DNA from: Octopus sinensis
Taxonomy: Eukaryota
Reading direction: 5' to 3'
Assembly (NCBI RefSeq): GCF_006345805.1
Contig: NC_043002.1
Coordinates: forward strand, 62,434,001 to 62,498,000
Length of the DNA: 64,000 nucleotides
Shown: piece by piece, positions 15,411 to 29,622 of the stretch
How positions within the stretch are numbered: position 1 is the stretch's first letter
How the letters are laid out: every line of letters begins with the position of its first letter
Made by a program: the position numbers and the translations under genes
The notes under the pieces: generated by a model
Told to the model about the DNA's origin: nothing
What the model saw: the letters and a program-made list of their open reading frames with translations, nothing else
The model's database searches: none

Positions 15411-15821
15411 TACTCTTTTACTGTTTTACTCTTTTACTTGTTTCAGTCATTTGACTGCGGCCATGCTGGAGCACCGCCTTTAGTCGAGCAAATCGACCCC
15501 GGGACTTATTCTTTGTAAGCCCAGTACTTATTCTATCGGTCTCTATTGCCGAACCGCTAAGTGACGGGGACGTAAACACACCAGCATCGGTTGTCAAGCA
15601 ATGCTAGGGGGACAAACACAGACACACAAACACACACATACATATACATACATATATACGACAGGTTTCTTTCAGTTTCCGTCTACCAAATCCACTCACA
15701 AGGCATTGGTCGGCCCGGGGCTATAGCAGAAGACACTTGCCCAAGATGCCACGCAGTGGGACTGAACCCAGAACTATGTGGCTGGTTAGCAAGCTACTTA
15801 CCACACAGCCACTCCTGCGCC
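15411..15821 (-). mobile_element. tRNA-derived SINE family A, full length
   Basis: Head GGCGCAGGAGTGGCTGTGTGGTAAG...GGGTTCAGTCCC, internal microsatellite, short-repeat tail. Confidence 0.9.
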
Positions 15822-16209
15822 TATATATATGAAAATGCATAGGCAGATAAACTACATTTTATCTTTGCAATAGTCTTTGAGCAATATCTTCATATTTATT
15901 TTTCAATGTAATATAATTTCATTTCTGCATAACATGTGTGTGTGTGAGCGCGTGTGTGCGTATGTGCATGTGTGTGTGTGCATTTTTGAAGGTGAGTGCA
16001 GCTGCTAGTTTTCTTTCAGCCTCTCAGGCTAGTAAATTATTGCCACATACATAGATGCATCAACACAAACACATAGCTATAGAGACACAAACATACACAT
16101 ACACACACCACAAATACACCGGCCCTTCCTCTGCATGTATATATACTGTTGTTTATATACAAACATATAGACATATGTTAATACATCTCTATATCGATAT
16201 TTCACGTTC

Positions 16210-16219
16210 TCTCCCTCTC

Positions 16220-16260
<41 letters not shown>

Positions 16261-16292
16261 GTAGGCAGGTAGATATAGATAGAGAGATAAAT

Positions 16293-16327
<35 letters not shown>

Positions 16328-16360
16328 TAAATAGATTGATAGACAGACAGACAGTCAGGC

Positions 16361-16391
<31 letters not shown>

Positions 16392-16402
16392 TAGATAGAT
16401 AA

Positions 16403-16439
<37 letters not shown>

Positions 16440-16469
16440 TAGATAGATAGATAAATAGATAGATAGATT

Positions 16470-16536
<67 letters not shown>

Positions 16537-16580
16537 GCATAGTTGTGTTTGTGTGTGTGCTTTAGTGTGCGTGTGTGCAT
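16210..16580. repeat. (TA)n/(TAGA)n/(CAGA)n microsatellite
   Basis: Direct periodicity. Confidence 0.9.
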
Positions 16581-16731
16581 ACATATTTACATAAATAGTT
16601 TCATATATATATACATATTTTATTTTAGTACGTCTTTTCTAAACTGTATTTTTACTATTTGATAACTTGTTATATCCTACACAACTCCAGAATCAAAGAA
16701 TACGCACATTCTCACACACACACACACACAA

Positions 16732-16769
<38 letters not shown>

Positions 16770-17439
16770 AATGGAAGTAAATAGATCTATGAATATTCAT
16801 CTGGAAGTTCAAACGTTTTGTATTGATGTTAAATATCTTTAGAGGATAATATTACCTTACGTTTTGTTTTTGTCCTTCACAAACAACAGCCTCAGAAACT
16901 GAAGTTTTATTTGCTTGTTGTTGATAACAATATTTTCTCTCTGTTGTACGTTTGGTTATTTTTATTTCCTTCAATCTGACAATAGTTTGGAATGATATGG
17001 AATAAACTTTGATGAAATGGAATACAGTTTTATAAAACGTAGAACTTAATTTTGGAAAATATTAAAGTAGGATGCAATAGAAAGGAAAAATTATAAATAT
17101 TTACATTAACACAGAAAATCGGGTTTCTATTCATCATAAAGTGTAGATATGGGCAAAAATTAAAATTATCTAAATATTTCAAAATTGTTTATGACGATTA
17201 ATAGAAATCAAATATGGCGTTTATTAAATATCATCAACGAATATATTTTCTGTTACGCTATGTAGTTACGGAGTGGTAGTACAAGTAATGCATTTTCAGG
17301 AAAACAATGAGGTTTAAAATTCAGTAGAGCATATCTCTCTTTGACTCAATCAGATTTACCCAACTACAGTTTTTTGTCATAGCATGCATCATGATAGCTC
17401 CAAAATTTTGCTGAATTATTTTGCTCATATAAATTATCG

Positions 17440-17605
17440 TCGCAAGTATGGATGTGTAGTAAAAAGCTCGCTTTGAAACGAGGTATTTCGAATAGAGTTC
17501 TACTACGCAGCAACTTAGACTAGTTTCTTTTATTATATTTCCAGGCCACACAATACCTTCTGAATGAATCTGATATAAAGACATTGCGTGAAAGTCCGTC
17601 GTATA
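17440..17605 (+). mobile_element. Old degenerate SINE family A 5' half
   Basis: GATGTGTAGTAAAAAGCTCGC...GAAAGTCCGTCGTATA is colinear with family A. Confidence 0.5.
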
Positions 17606-18117
17606 TATATCTATATATAAGACTGAATGCTAATTTGAAAGTAAATCTGAATAAAAATGGGTGCATGAAAATTAAAAAAGAAAAAATAATAGGTCAAGCC
17701 GGTTTTTATTGCAAGGCAAATTTTCAAGATTTGGAAGGGAAAATTTATTTTTTTTAAATTGAGGTAGGGGAAAAAGAAATTTACAATGTTTTTTCAAAAA
17801 AATAATAATACATATATACAAAAATTAATAAATAAGTATATCAATCCATTGTAGAGTCTTCATGCTTTAAGAGATCAATAATAGTCCTTGGAAAAATTTC
17901 TTTGGAGGATTATGATGCATGAAACCGGAACTTAGACGTCTTTTATTAAATTATTTTAGCATTTTCTACCTTGACATTTTATACAGACACATATACACAC
18001 ACACACACATATATATATGTATATGTATATATGTATATATATGTGTGTGTATATATATATATATATATTTATAGATATATGTATGTATATTTTTATACGT
18101 ATATATACATATAAACT

Positions 18118-18218
<101 letters not shown>

Positions 18219-18358
18219 CCCTTGAAATGGATGCGTGGCGTTCGATCATATAATAATATAAACAATATATATATATATATATGTATATATATATTTATAT
18301 ACATATATATATATGCATATATATATACATATATATATATATATATTATATATATATA

Positions 18359-18398
<40 letters not shown>

Positions 18399-19549
18399 TA
18401 TTATATATACATACATACATATATAAGTATATATACATCCATATTTGGGTAGAGGATATCAAAACCAAAAGAGAACATAAAAACCAGGAAAACAAACTTT
18501 TTCGAACAACGAAAGAAAAAGATAAATGAGACATATTTATCATCATTCATTCATATATACATACACACACACACACATACATACATAAATACATACATAC
18601 ATATATACATACATACATGCATACATAGATACATGCATACATACACATGCATATGCATATATAAATTTGCACAAAAATTTAGAAATACTCGGTTTCATGG
18701 AATCAGAGCAAAAGAAGGTGACACGGATTCTCCAAATCCAATTTAGTAATGTCACAGTGAAGATTTGTAAGGCATGATCCAAAATTCTCCATCTGCGGTT
18801 CGTATATAAAGAGATACACACACTCAAGTGCGTGCATCGAGAGTTCAAACGACACACCAACTCAACCACTTATTAATTGATGCGGGAACGCTCTCAACTC
18901 AGAAAGTCTTACTTCTTTGTTAGCGACTGGCTTGAAATCTCTCAAGCAGAATTTAAATTAAACTCAAAGAATAATAACATATACATACATATATGCATGT
19001 ACACAAATATATGCTTATATAAATAGACATGTAAATCCTTAATGTACATCAGCAGCACTAAGGATGGAGAGGAAGAAAGACAAATATTCATAAACGTTGT
19101 TCTTTTTGTGGCAGGCGGAGGAATTTCAACGGGAATATAATCCTAACAGAAAATTATAAAGAATACAGAAATTCTATTTCTGAGTATTTTAAATATAGAG
19201 GATAGATTTATTTATTTTCATGTATGTATAACTTGTTTTATTTTCCTAATCACAATCATGTTAAAGTAACTGGGATTTTTTTCAAATTTGTTGTATCTAC
19301 TTTTCATGAATCAAACTTATATATACTCTCCTAGCTCTTTATACCATTTCCTTTTCGCATACAAGCATACATACATGGACATACATACACACAAAATCAA
19401 AGATACATTCGAGAAGGACAGATAGATAATTAGATAAAGGCATACATGCTGATAGTGTTAAATATATAAAACACGTTCAGATATTTTGTAGACAGACAGA
19501 CAGACAGACAGACAGATAGATAGATAGATAGATAGAGAGAGAGAGGTAG

Positions 19550-19613
<64 letters not shown>

Positions 19614-19614
19614 G

Positions 19615-19686
<72 letters not shown>

Positions 19687-19759
19687 TGTGCATACACACA
19701 TACATAATTACATACATACATGCATACGTATATCTAAAGAGACAGATAGGTACCGACAG

Positions 19760-19797
<38 letters not shown>

Positions 19798-19892
19798 ACA
19801 GATAAATATACGTTTGGTAGAATAAACAGGATACACAGAACTCAATGTATTACTTTATACATATTGTACAATTTTTAACTTTTTTCACTTGA

Positions 19893-19909
19893 TAATAATA
19901 ATAATAATG

Positions 19910-19960
<51 letters not shown>

Positions 19961-19990
19961 TAATAATAATAATAATAATAATAATAGTTA
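19893..19990. repeat. (AAT)n microsatellite
   Basis: Near-pure trinucleotide run. Confidence 0.95.
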
Positions 19991-19999
19991 TTATTATTT

Positions 20000-20200
20000 T
20001 TTCTTCCGAAGGCACAAGGACTGAAATTTGGTGTGAAGGGATGAGCCGATTACATCCAACCTAGTATACAACTGGTACTTAATTCAACAAACCCAAAAGA
20101 AAGAAAGGCGATGTCGAATTTGAACTCGGGACGTCAAGAAGGACGAAATAACGCTAGCTGTGTTACCCGGCATGCTAACGATTCTGCCAGCTCACCGCTT
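20000..20200 (-). mobile_element. SINE family B (MetaSINE-like)
   Basis: Reverse complement of the GGCGGTGAGCTGGCAGAATCGTTAGC head and the GCCTTTC..AATTAAGTACCAG block. Confidence 0.8.
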
Positions 20201-20208
20201 GAATAATA

Positions 20209-20249
<41 letters not shown>

Positions 20250-20257
20250 ATTTTACC

Positions 20258-20498
20258 TCAACACGTACCTGAAAATCTCTGATGACTGGATGTTAAAGCT
20301 GTTTTAAAGCACGAAAACAAGAAAGCATCATACTCAGTGACAAAACGGGTAAATGAATATATATATAAGTGAATTCCAAATACAACAAATATCGGATTTA
20401 TACGTCTAGGAAACAAGTACAGAAAAAGCTAAGCGCAGACAAACGCGTACGAAAACTGCTACCTTAGATATTCTGACTGATAAATGGCGAGAAACTCT
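20258..20498 (+). mobile_element. R4/Dong-like LINE internal fragment
   Basis: Diverged copy of ~21380-21625 (TYLKISDDWMLK..KHENKKASYSVTK). Confidence 0.8.
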
Positions 20499-20507
20499 AT
20501 TCTTGCC

Positions 20508-20631
20508 ATTTGTACTTAATTTATCGACACCGAAAGGATGTAAGGCAATGTCGACTGCGGAGGAATTTGAATTCAGAACGTAGCGAACGGCGAAATTCTT
20601 CTAGGCTAACGATTCTGCCAGCTCACCACCT
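20508..20631 (-). mobile_element. SINE family B fragment
   Basis: GTACTTAATTTATCGAC..CGAAAGGATG..GATTCTGCCAGCTCACCACC. Confidence 0.8.
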
Positions 20632-20679
20632 TAACAACAACAACAACAACAACAGCAACAATAACAAAAACAATAACTT

Positions 20680-20862
20680 TTTTGTATTTTTATGATATTC
20701 ATATGTTTTCTTAAACAATCTCTAGAACAATACTTTGTGCAAAACCGAATATTTAGCACTCTAGGCATAACACTAACTTGAAATTCTAACTTGTTGTCTC
20801 TTGAGGTCTCTGAGTAAGACTTCAAATCAACTTGTACAAATACAAAACTAAAGTCAATCATA
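20680..20862 (+). mobile_element. R4/Dong-like LINE 3' UTR end
   Basis: Homologous to ~22430-22588 (TTGTCTCTTGAGGTCTCTG..CAACTTGTACAAATA..AAAGTCAA), followed by (TAA)n. Confidence 0.8.
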
Positions 20863-20870
20863 TAATAATG

Positions 20871-20903
<33 letters not shown>

Positions 20904-20906
<3 letters not shown>

Positions 20907-22587
20907 CAATTCGGCCTCGATAAATGTGCAAAGGCTACCTTTATCAAAGGAAAAATGACAGAAACATCTAACGTTAACCTTGACCAACAGAATGTCATAA
21001 AAGAACTAGACCCAGCGGAGAGCTACAAGTACCTAGGGGTAATTGAAGGGAACGGAATAAGGCATTCAGAGATGAAGGAAAGGATCAGGAGAGAATGCTA
21101 TCGAAGAGTGAGAGCAATACTCAAGACAGAGCTGAATGCAAGAAACAGGATCGAAGCAATCAATGCATTAGCTATACCAGTCGTGACTTACAGTTTCAAT
21201 ATTGTTAACTGGTCAATTACTGAAATATGTCAGCTCGACAGAAAAATAAGGAAACTGTTGACAATGCATAGAATGCACCACCCTAAGGCAGATACAGAAC
21301 GACTCTATCTGCCAAGAAAAGAGGGAGGCGTGGTCTTTTGTAACTGGCAATAACAATGAAGATTGCTACAATTGGCCTAGACACCTACCTGAAAAACTCT
21401 GAGGACTGGATGTTAAAACTTGTCTCAAAACATGAAAACAAGAAAGCATCATACTCAGTCACAAAACAGGCAAAGGAATATCTAAGTGAATTCCGAATAC
21501 AACCAATTTCGGAATTAGAGATAGACATACAAGAAACAAGCACAGAAAAAGCTAGGCGCATGAAAACCCGTGCCAAAACTGCGGCCTTAGATATTCTGAA
21601 TAATAAATGGCAAGAAAAACCTCTCTACGGCAAATACCCAAAGAGAGCGAATAATGCAGATATCGACAAAGCCCTGACCCATCAATGGCTAATGGCCTCT
21701 GGCTTAAAATCTGAACAGAGGGGTTATCATAGCAGCTCATGATCAATGCCTACCAACAAGAAACTACCAGGCCAACTATTAAAGATCAGAAGCAGTCCAA
21801 CGTGTCGTGTATGCAAGCAACAAAATGAAACCATTGACCATGTGGTCTCCAAGTGCAGTCTTCTAGCGCCTACAGAGTATCTCAACAGGCACGATAGAGC
21901 TGCACAATATATTCACTGGGTAATCTGTAAAAACCTGGATTTGCCCCATGAAAAAACTGGTGGGAACATAAACCACCCCCAGTGCTTGAAAATGACCACA
22001 TCTCACTCCTCTGGAACTTCACCATTCAAACTGACAGGAAGATAGATGCAAATAGGCCAGACATCATATTGAAAGACTTCAAACAAAGAACATGCCTCCT
22101 CATTGATATGACTGTCCCAATCGATTAAACGTATCTGTCAGGACCTACCAAAAACTGAGCAAATATAAAGATCTTGAAATAGAAATCAGCAAAATGTGGA
22201 AGCTGAAGACTAAAACAATACCTGTTGTCATAGGTGCCCTGGGAATGATAGCAAAAGGGCTGATAGCTACCTAACTCAGATACCAGGAAACCCAAAAATG
22301 GCAGAAGTTCAAAAGATAGTGCTCATGGGAACTGCTCATATCCTACGCAAAATACTCTCTATGTAACCTCAAGGTTTAAAACAACCATATAATTTTCGGT
22401 TTAAAAAAAAAAAAAAAAAAAAAAACTTTTTTTTTTTTAGACATTCATTATACAAAAACATCCCCACCCCCCAAATATATGGCACACTAGCATAACAACA
22501 ACATGAACTTCCACCCTGTTGTCTCTTGAGGTCTCTGGGTGAGACTTGGAGCCAACTTGTACAAATATAAAGCAAAAGTCAAACATA

Positions 22588-22588
<1 letters not shown>
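20904..22588 (+). mobile_element. R4/Dong-clade non-LTR retrotransposon, 5'-truncated, flanked by (TAA)n
   Basis: MQFGLDKC, YKYLG, RLYLPRKEGG, CRVC..ETIDHVVSKC, RHD, NRPDII, LIDMTVP, KYKDL (RT C-terminus + CCHC + restriction-like endonuclease); stop 22364-22366; a few frameshifts. Confidence 0.92.
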
Positions 22589-22620
<32 letters not shown>

Positions 22621-22700
22621 GAAAGAAGAAGAAGAAGAAGAAGAAGAAGAAGAAGAAGAAGAAGAAGAAGAAGAAGAGAAGAAGAAGCAGAAGAAAAAGA
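22589..22700. repeat. (AAT)n then (GAA)n microsatellite
   Basis: Direct periodicity. Confidence 0.95.
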
Positions 22701-23107
22701 AGAAAAAGAGTAAAATAAGTGGGAGACCAACAACACCATCTCACCCATTGATAATAATATGTATATATATTCTTAAATGCATAATACAGCATACATGCAT
22801 TATACAGTATACATACATGCATACGAACGTACACACACATTACATGCATACATAAATACATACATATCTACATACATAACTACATACATACATGCATACA
22901 TACATACCCATACAGACACATAGACGTATAGAAATATACAGCAATCCCATGCGAAATTTCAACTTAACATATTTTCAATTTGAGAAACTGGTTGAAAATA
23001 GGGATGCGTAATATCAAAGAACCATTGCTTACACGTCAAAATTAAGTTAACTTAATCATTCATCATTGACGAAAATTACCGAACATTCATTTGGAATTTA
23101 TTAAGCA

Positions 23108-23482
23108 CTAGCAGTATCGCCCGGCGTTGCTCAGGTTTGTAAGGGAAATAACTATAAAGCATTTTTAGAGAGTTATAGCCAAAAAATAGCAAAAAAATGG
23201 AAAAAAAATGATGGTAAATTTTTTTTGAGAGTTAAAAAAGGTGGAGTTGCGTCCCTAGACGGTCTGTGGTTGGGTTTCTGATTCTCGACCCCATGTCGAA
23301 TTTATCGATTTTTTCAGAACTGGGGGAACTTTCAAAATTTTCGCTGCGTTAGTCTTGATTGACATTGGGCATGGTGTGTCAAGTTCATCAGAATCGGTTG
23401 AAAGCCGTGGTCAGAGTGAGGGTACGAGAAAACAGACACACAGAACACCGCACAGACAAACTGCCGTTTATATAGAGAGAGA
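23108..23482 (-). mobile_element. Non-autonomous Helitron
   Basis: Minus strand starts TC (TCTCTCTCTATAT), ends with imperfect GC hairpin CCTGAGCAACGCCGGG then CTAG; inserted between A and T. Confidence 0.8.
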
Positions 23483-23708
23483 TAAGAAGAGAAGGCTCGT
23501 GACGACAGAGGAAATATGTGAACGTATAGAACAAACTAGAATAGAGATTCACAATAAACGACATTCACAGGAATTTTAACAAGCAGATAAACATCATTAC
23601 GTAATATGAATGTTTCATTCGCTAAATTTATTACTTCGATGAAAAAAGATTTTGATTTCGGTGTGGAAAGGAATGGAATTCGAAAATTCGAACTCCAAAT
23701 ACAAATGC

Positions 23709-23746
<38 letters not shown>

Positions 23747-23775
23747 TATATTCATACATCATATGTCATATATGC

Positions 23776-23832
<57 letters not shown>

Positions 23833-24559
23833 TATTATATTAAATTAGAGATAAAACCACTATTAGGCAAATCAAACAATGAAAAACATACCCATACATA
23901 AAATTAATTTAATTTATATTATTTTAAATATATATCAAAAGTATTATTTATATATATATATATATATATGTTTAATAAATGCGCCCTTTTAAAGCCTAGC
24001 CAGGCTCATGTGCCCGGTAAATATACATATAAATATTTATATACATTCATATGAATATGTATAACGACACGTATATATATATGCGTGTGTGTACATATCA
24101 TATGCATATATGTGTACATACATATAAACATACATACATATAAACATACATACATATACATATATATAGTAATTAAAGATTAGATATAACGTTCTTGCAA
24201 AAATCAGAGCCAATGCTCTAAAATTCACTGTAAAATTTACGATAAAGATACACACGAGCAATGTCATGAGTATTTCAGAAACAGGTTTATCTTTGCTATG
24301 AATACATAGGTAAGTGATATATATATATTCCAATACCAATTGATTTCACACTTTACATGACAAACATGCTTTGCGATCTTTAGTTTAAAATAGCATTTAA
24401 CATCTATTTCTAAAATATTCACTACGTTGACTCGTGTGCGCTCCTTACTTTAAACAACGTTTCGCTCCTTTTAAAGGAAACTATAGTAACCAAGAAAAAT
24501 TTTAATAAAGTAGTATTTATTACCGTTATATACAGTAAAAATAAGGTAATAATAATAAT

Positions 24560-24568
24560 ATGTGTGTG

Positions 24569-24599
<31 letters not shown>

Positions 24600-24746
24600 G
24601 TGTACAATATGTATATACATATATATATATATGTATGTATGTATATATATATGTATATGTGTATAATATGTATATACATAAATATATATATATGTATGTA
24701 TGTATATATATATATATGTATATATATGTGTATAATATGTATATAC

Positions 24747-24782
<36 letters not shown>

Positions 24783-24857
24783 ATACATATTATACACATA
24801 TGTATATATATATGTTTGTATGTATATATATATGTGTATATATATGTGTATAATATG

Positions 24858-24907
<50 letters not shown>

Positions 24908-25368
24908 TATATGGGGGGTGTATACATATATACATACGTACATGCATACGTATACTATTTATAACAACCCGAAAATGTATTCAGCGGCAAACTCGATGCA
25001 TTATATTGATAAGAATTTGCTCTATACGTTTAGGACACTTCAAGTGTCCTAAGGGTCCATTATAATTTAAACAGCAGTGTGTTTCTGACTATTATAGGTC
25101 AGAGTTGAAATAAACTCAAACCAGTAATGTCTTCACTTTCTATTTCTAACTCTCTCGGTTTGTGCTGGAGAATACAAAACTATTATGATTTCACCATCGC
25201 CTTCATATCATTTCTAATGTTCGACTATTATTAATTCAGTTATTACTGTCTGCAAGAAAGTGAATGAAATTCCGAATATTACGCACACTCATTCATAATT
25301 GATATATGTATGTATATTTGTATGTATGTATGTATGTATGTATGTATGTATGTATGTATGTATGTATG

Positions 25369-25400
<32 letters not shown>

Positions 25401-25449
25401 TGATGCATGTATGGATGTATGTATACATGCATGTATGTATACATATATG

Positions 25450-25480
<31 letters not shown>

Positions 25481-25639
25481 ATATATATGTATATATATAT
25501 ATATATATATATGTATATTTGTATATATATGTATATATGTATATATACATATATATATATATACTTATATATATATATGTATACATATATATATATATAT
25601 ACTTATATATATGTGTGTATATTATATATATATATTATA

Positions 25640-25686
<47 letters not shown>

Positions 25687-25800
25687 TTACACACACACTT
25701 ATCTCTATATATAAATATATATATATATATTTTGTTTCAGCTCAGAGATGCGGCCATGCTGATGCACCACCGTAATATATATATATATATATATATACAC
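24560..25800. repeat. (TA)n/(TATG)n compound microsatellites
   Basis: Direct periodicity at 24560-24950 and 25300-25800. Confidence 0.9.
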
Positions 25801-25834
25801 CACACCCTTTTATATTTTTTTCATTTTTTGTTTT

Positions 25835-26212
25835 TTTGTGTCAGTCATTTTACTGCGGTCATGCTGGGGCACCGCCTTTACTCGAATAAATCGACCAAAA
25901 GTACTTATACTTTCAACGACTAGTAGTTATTATATCGGTCTCTCTTGCCGAACTGCTAAATGGGATGACATAAGCACACCAATATCATTTGTCAAGCGAT
26001 TGTTGGGGGTCAAATACAGACACAAACACGCATGCACACACACACGCACACACACGGACGCACACACACAAACACATAGGACGGGCTTTTTTCAGTTTCC
26101 TCTCACATGGCTTTGGTCGGCCTAGCCTATGATAAAAGACACTTGCTCAAGGACTAAGCCCGGAGCCATGTGTTTGGTGAGGAAGCTACTTACCACACTG
26201 CATCCCTTCCAC
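25835..26212 (-). mobile_element. SINE family A, degenerate
   Basis: TCAGTCATTT..GCCGAACTGCTAA..TTTCAGTTTCC..AAGCTACTTACCACAC colinear with 15411-15821. Confidence 0.75.
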
Positions 26213-26289
26213 CTATATATATATACACACACATAAATATATATATTTATAATTATATTTATTATACACATATAGCTATGTATGTATTA

Positions 26290-26350
<61 letters not shown>

Positions 26351-26550
26351 ATACAAATATAAGCATATATACACGCCTGCGTATACACATACATAAAAAT
26401 AAATATATGCATTCTCGCACACACATATACATATATGCATATTTTTATAGATATACGTGAAAATATATTGATATATGTATTAATAGGTGTGTGTGTGCGT
26501 GCGTGTGAGGGTGTGTAGTGTGTATTTGTGTATGTGTGAGTGAGAGTGAT

Positions 26551-26581
<31 letters not shown>

Positions 26582-27149
26582 TGTGTGTGTGTGTGTTTGT
26601 GTGTCCGTGTCATTGTGCCCTATTTTGATGGACGTACATGCTGAATACTGAGTTCTCTCACCTACGCGGGAACACTAACACCAAGTAAACCCTCGCGGTG
26701 AACATGAGTGATATTCAATGATTTTTTCTTATTTTTTTTCAAATTCTCACTTTCTGTTGCCTTCAAAATATCAACACCAGCGATGCATGAACGACGCCTG
26801 CTTCTTAGTTTTAATTTCTTACGCTTCACTTTCAGCGATTTTTAAATATAATTCTGTCTGATATTTGCAAAGGCGGTCAAGATATTTCATGATGTGTTAC
26901 ATATTAGTCCACTAACGGGTATTTTACGAGGAAATCTCTCTTCCTTCATTATAACCACATATCCTAATTATCGTAGCCGGTGTTTCATCATCACAGTACG
27001 TTCTATATTTTGACGTTTTTTCTCTTTTTTTTTTTAACTAAAGCAATAAAATAGCATTTACTCATATGTGTAAATGGTCAAAAAGTCTCAACGTTATTGA
27101 ATAGGACTTTACCTGCATATACTACATGCAAGTGTACTTGGATAGACTT

Positions 27150-27431
27150 TATTTATGTAACTCTAGCGTGACTAAGCTTTTGCCGAACAACCACACACAT
27201 GATTCGTTTATAGTGATCAGTTGTTTGTATTCCCATAAGCTTGTTCCCTCCATCAAATCGACATTACTTGTACAGATGCAACGTGTGCCACATGTCAGAT
27301 GACGAAATGTTCGTAGAGCGACGTGAAATGAAGTGCTTTGCTCAACAACACAGTGCAACGCCCGCTCTGGGAATCGAACCCTTGTTCTCGCAACCGTGAG
27401 TGCAACACCCTAGCCAATACGCCATGCGCCC
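27150..27431 (-). mobile_element. tRNA-derived SINE (family D-like head)
   Basis: Minus strand GGCGCATGGCGTATTGGCTAGGGTG..GGTTCGATTCCC..TGTTGAGCAAAGCACTTCATTTCACGTCGCTC. Confidence 0.7.
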
Positions 27432-27978
27432 TATATATAATGTGGTGATGAGAGCCGAAAAATTATTGTGGGAATAAATAAAAATATTACTATTTCGAAT
27501 TTTTCAAATTAAATGCAGGAATATTTGAACCAGAATTCGCAATAGACGTCTTATATTCTTTTAAAGTCTATTTTCATATTCTTGCCTTCTTCTGAATCAA
27601 AAATATATTTATATACTTGTATCAGACATCGTAATCCGTTTATAAGCAAAGAGACCAGCCGTTACAGAGGTCATAAATTCGAAAATCAAGATGTTTTTTA
27701 AAAGCTGAAAAAGTATGAATCGATATCAAAAAATAGATTCTACAGAAACCTTTAAATGCAACCTCGGCTGAACTCCGAAAAAGGATGGACTTAAAGTTAG
27801 TCTGGGGACTAAAGATTTTAATTAAGTATTCGTCGGCCATAGAATGTTAGAATATATGAATTTTAGATAAATGTGTGACTTTGTTTATATGCGAGATACA
27901 CATCTACATACATACAAGTCTGTACACACAAACACACATATACACACACATACACATATACACACACACATACATACA

Positions 27979-28014
<36 letters not shown>

Positions 28015-28113
28015 TATATATCATTATAGATAAATATATATATTATAGATAAATGTGCGTATACACATACAAACTCACACACGCAGGCACGCACGTGCAC
28101 ACACGTATATATG

Positions 28114-28153
<40 letters not shown>

Positions 28154-28267
28154 CATATGTAGAACGAAAAGAGGAGTGAAATGGATTAAATGCGCAGTTA
28201 TAGATAAAGACAGACGGGGAGCTAGAGACAAAACATAGTGTCTATGTGTATTTATATATATGTGTTT

Positions 28268-28445
28268 GGCGACGAGCTGGGAATATCGTTAGTGCGTCGG
28301 ATAAATTTCTTAGCTGTATTCGCGCCTTTTACGATCGTAGTTCAAATCCTGCCAAAGCCAACTTTGCTTTCATCCCTTCGGGGCCGTTAAGAAGAAAAAT
28401 CAGCAGTCAAGACCGAAGCTGATGTCATTTTAGTCCCTTGTACAC
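28268..28445 (+). mobile_element. SINE family B, degenerate
   Basis: GGCGACGAGCTGG..GTTCAAATCC..CTTTGCTTTCATCCCTTCGGG. Confidence 0.7.
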
Positions 28446-29340
28446 CCCGGAGAAAGAGCAACCGACCTTTACAATTCCTGGGGTTTGAAAAACCTATATG
28501 TGAACATGTAAATACACACACTCATGTATATATATACGCACTACTCATGCAAATACACATACACATACACTGACACGCATACACACAAAGAGACACACAC
28601 ATGCAGTCAGTCATTCATTCAATTTTCAAAATCCTCCCCACTATTTACTGACCGTTTCTATTCCAAGACTAACTTTTAATAATGCGCAAATCGGAATTTC
28701 GTTGTACGTGGTTTTCTTTCCATCTTGGTGTTACTTGCTTAATATATATAGTTTATCAATTTGACCTACACAATGTTGTACTGTCGACTTAAATATATTA
28801 TTTGTCTTTCCCTTTTCTGCTACATTCGTATAAATATATTTCTGATAAAGAACGTCAAAAATATATATTGAACTGATGTATCTGACACGTAATCACTATA
28901 TTCAGTAGCGACACAGGGTGAGAAATAATCTCTCATGCTTGCCTGACCATTGACTTGGCTCTCGTGAACGTAAGAATGTGATAAAGATGTTGTTATATAG
29001 CTAAGTTTGTATCTCTTTTTTTTTATTGTAACATTCTGGTTCAAGCTGCTGCACACCGTGCGGTTGCTGTTCGAATGTTTTTCAAGACTGAAAAATCTAG
29101 GCGCTTATTTTGCTCCATCCTGTACTCCTTCTTAAATTATCCTCATTACAGAGCGTTATATTGTCAACTCTATCCATTTCTAGCTTACTATATGCACTGC
29201 TTTAAAATGTTTTATACTACTTTCGATATAGACAAATACACTCTTACGCGCACACACTTGTATCTATGTATATATATATATATATGTATATATATACACA
29301 TACACAATACATTCATATATATATATATATATAAAGTACT

Positions 29341-29622
29341 GTGATGACTGTGTCCGACCAGGCCATCAGATGTTGCTACACATCGCTAGTCACATTGCGC
29401 ATTGCATTGGTTTAGCCTTCAAATGACGCCACCCCGCTGGCTAAGCGAGCAGACCAACAGAAAGAGTGAGAGAAAGTTGTGGCGAAAGAGTATAGCAAAG
29501 ATCGCTACCACCCACTGCCGGAATCTCGTGGACCTTTAGGTGCTTTCGCTCAATAAATACTCACAATTCCCGGTCTGGGAATCGAAACTGGGATCATGCA
29601 ACCGCGTCCGCTGCCCTAACCA
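29341..29622 (-). mobile_element. tRNA-derived SINE family C (tail type 2)
   Basis: Shares B box and ACTCTTTCGCCACAACTTTCTCTCACTCTTT body with 39489-39800. Confidence 0.8.
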
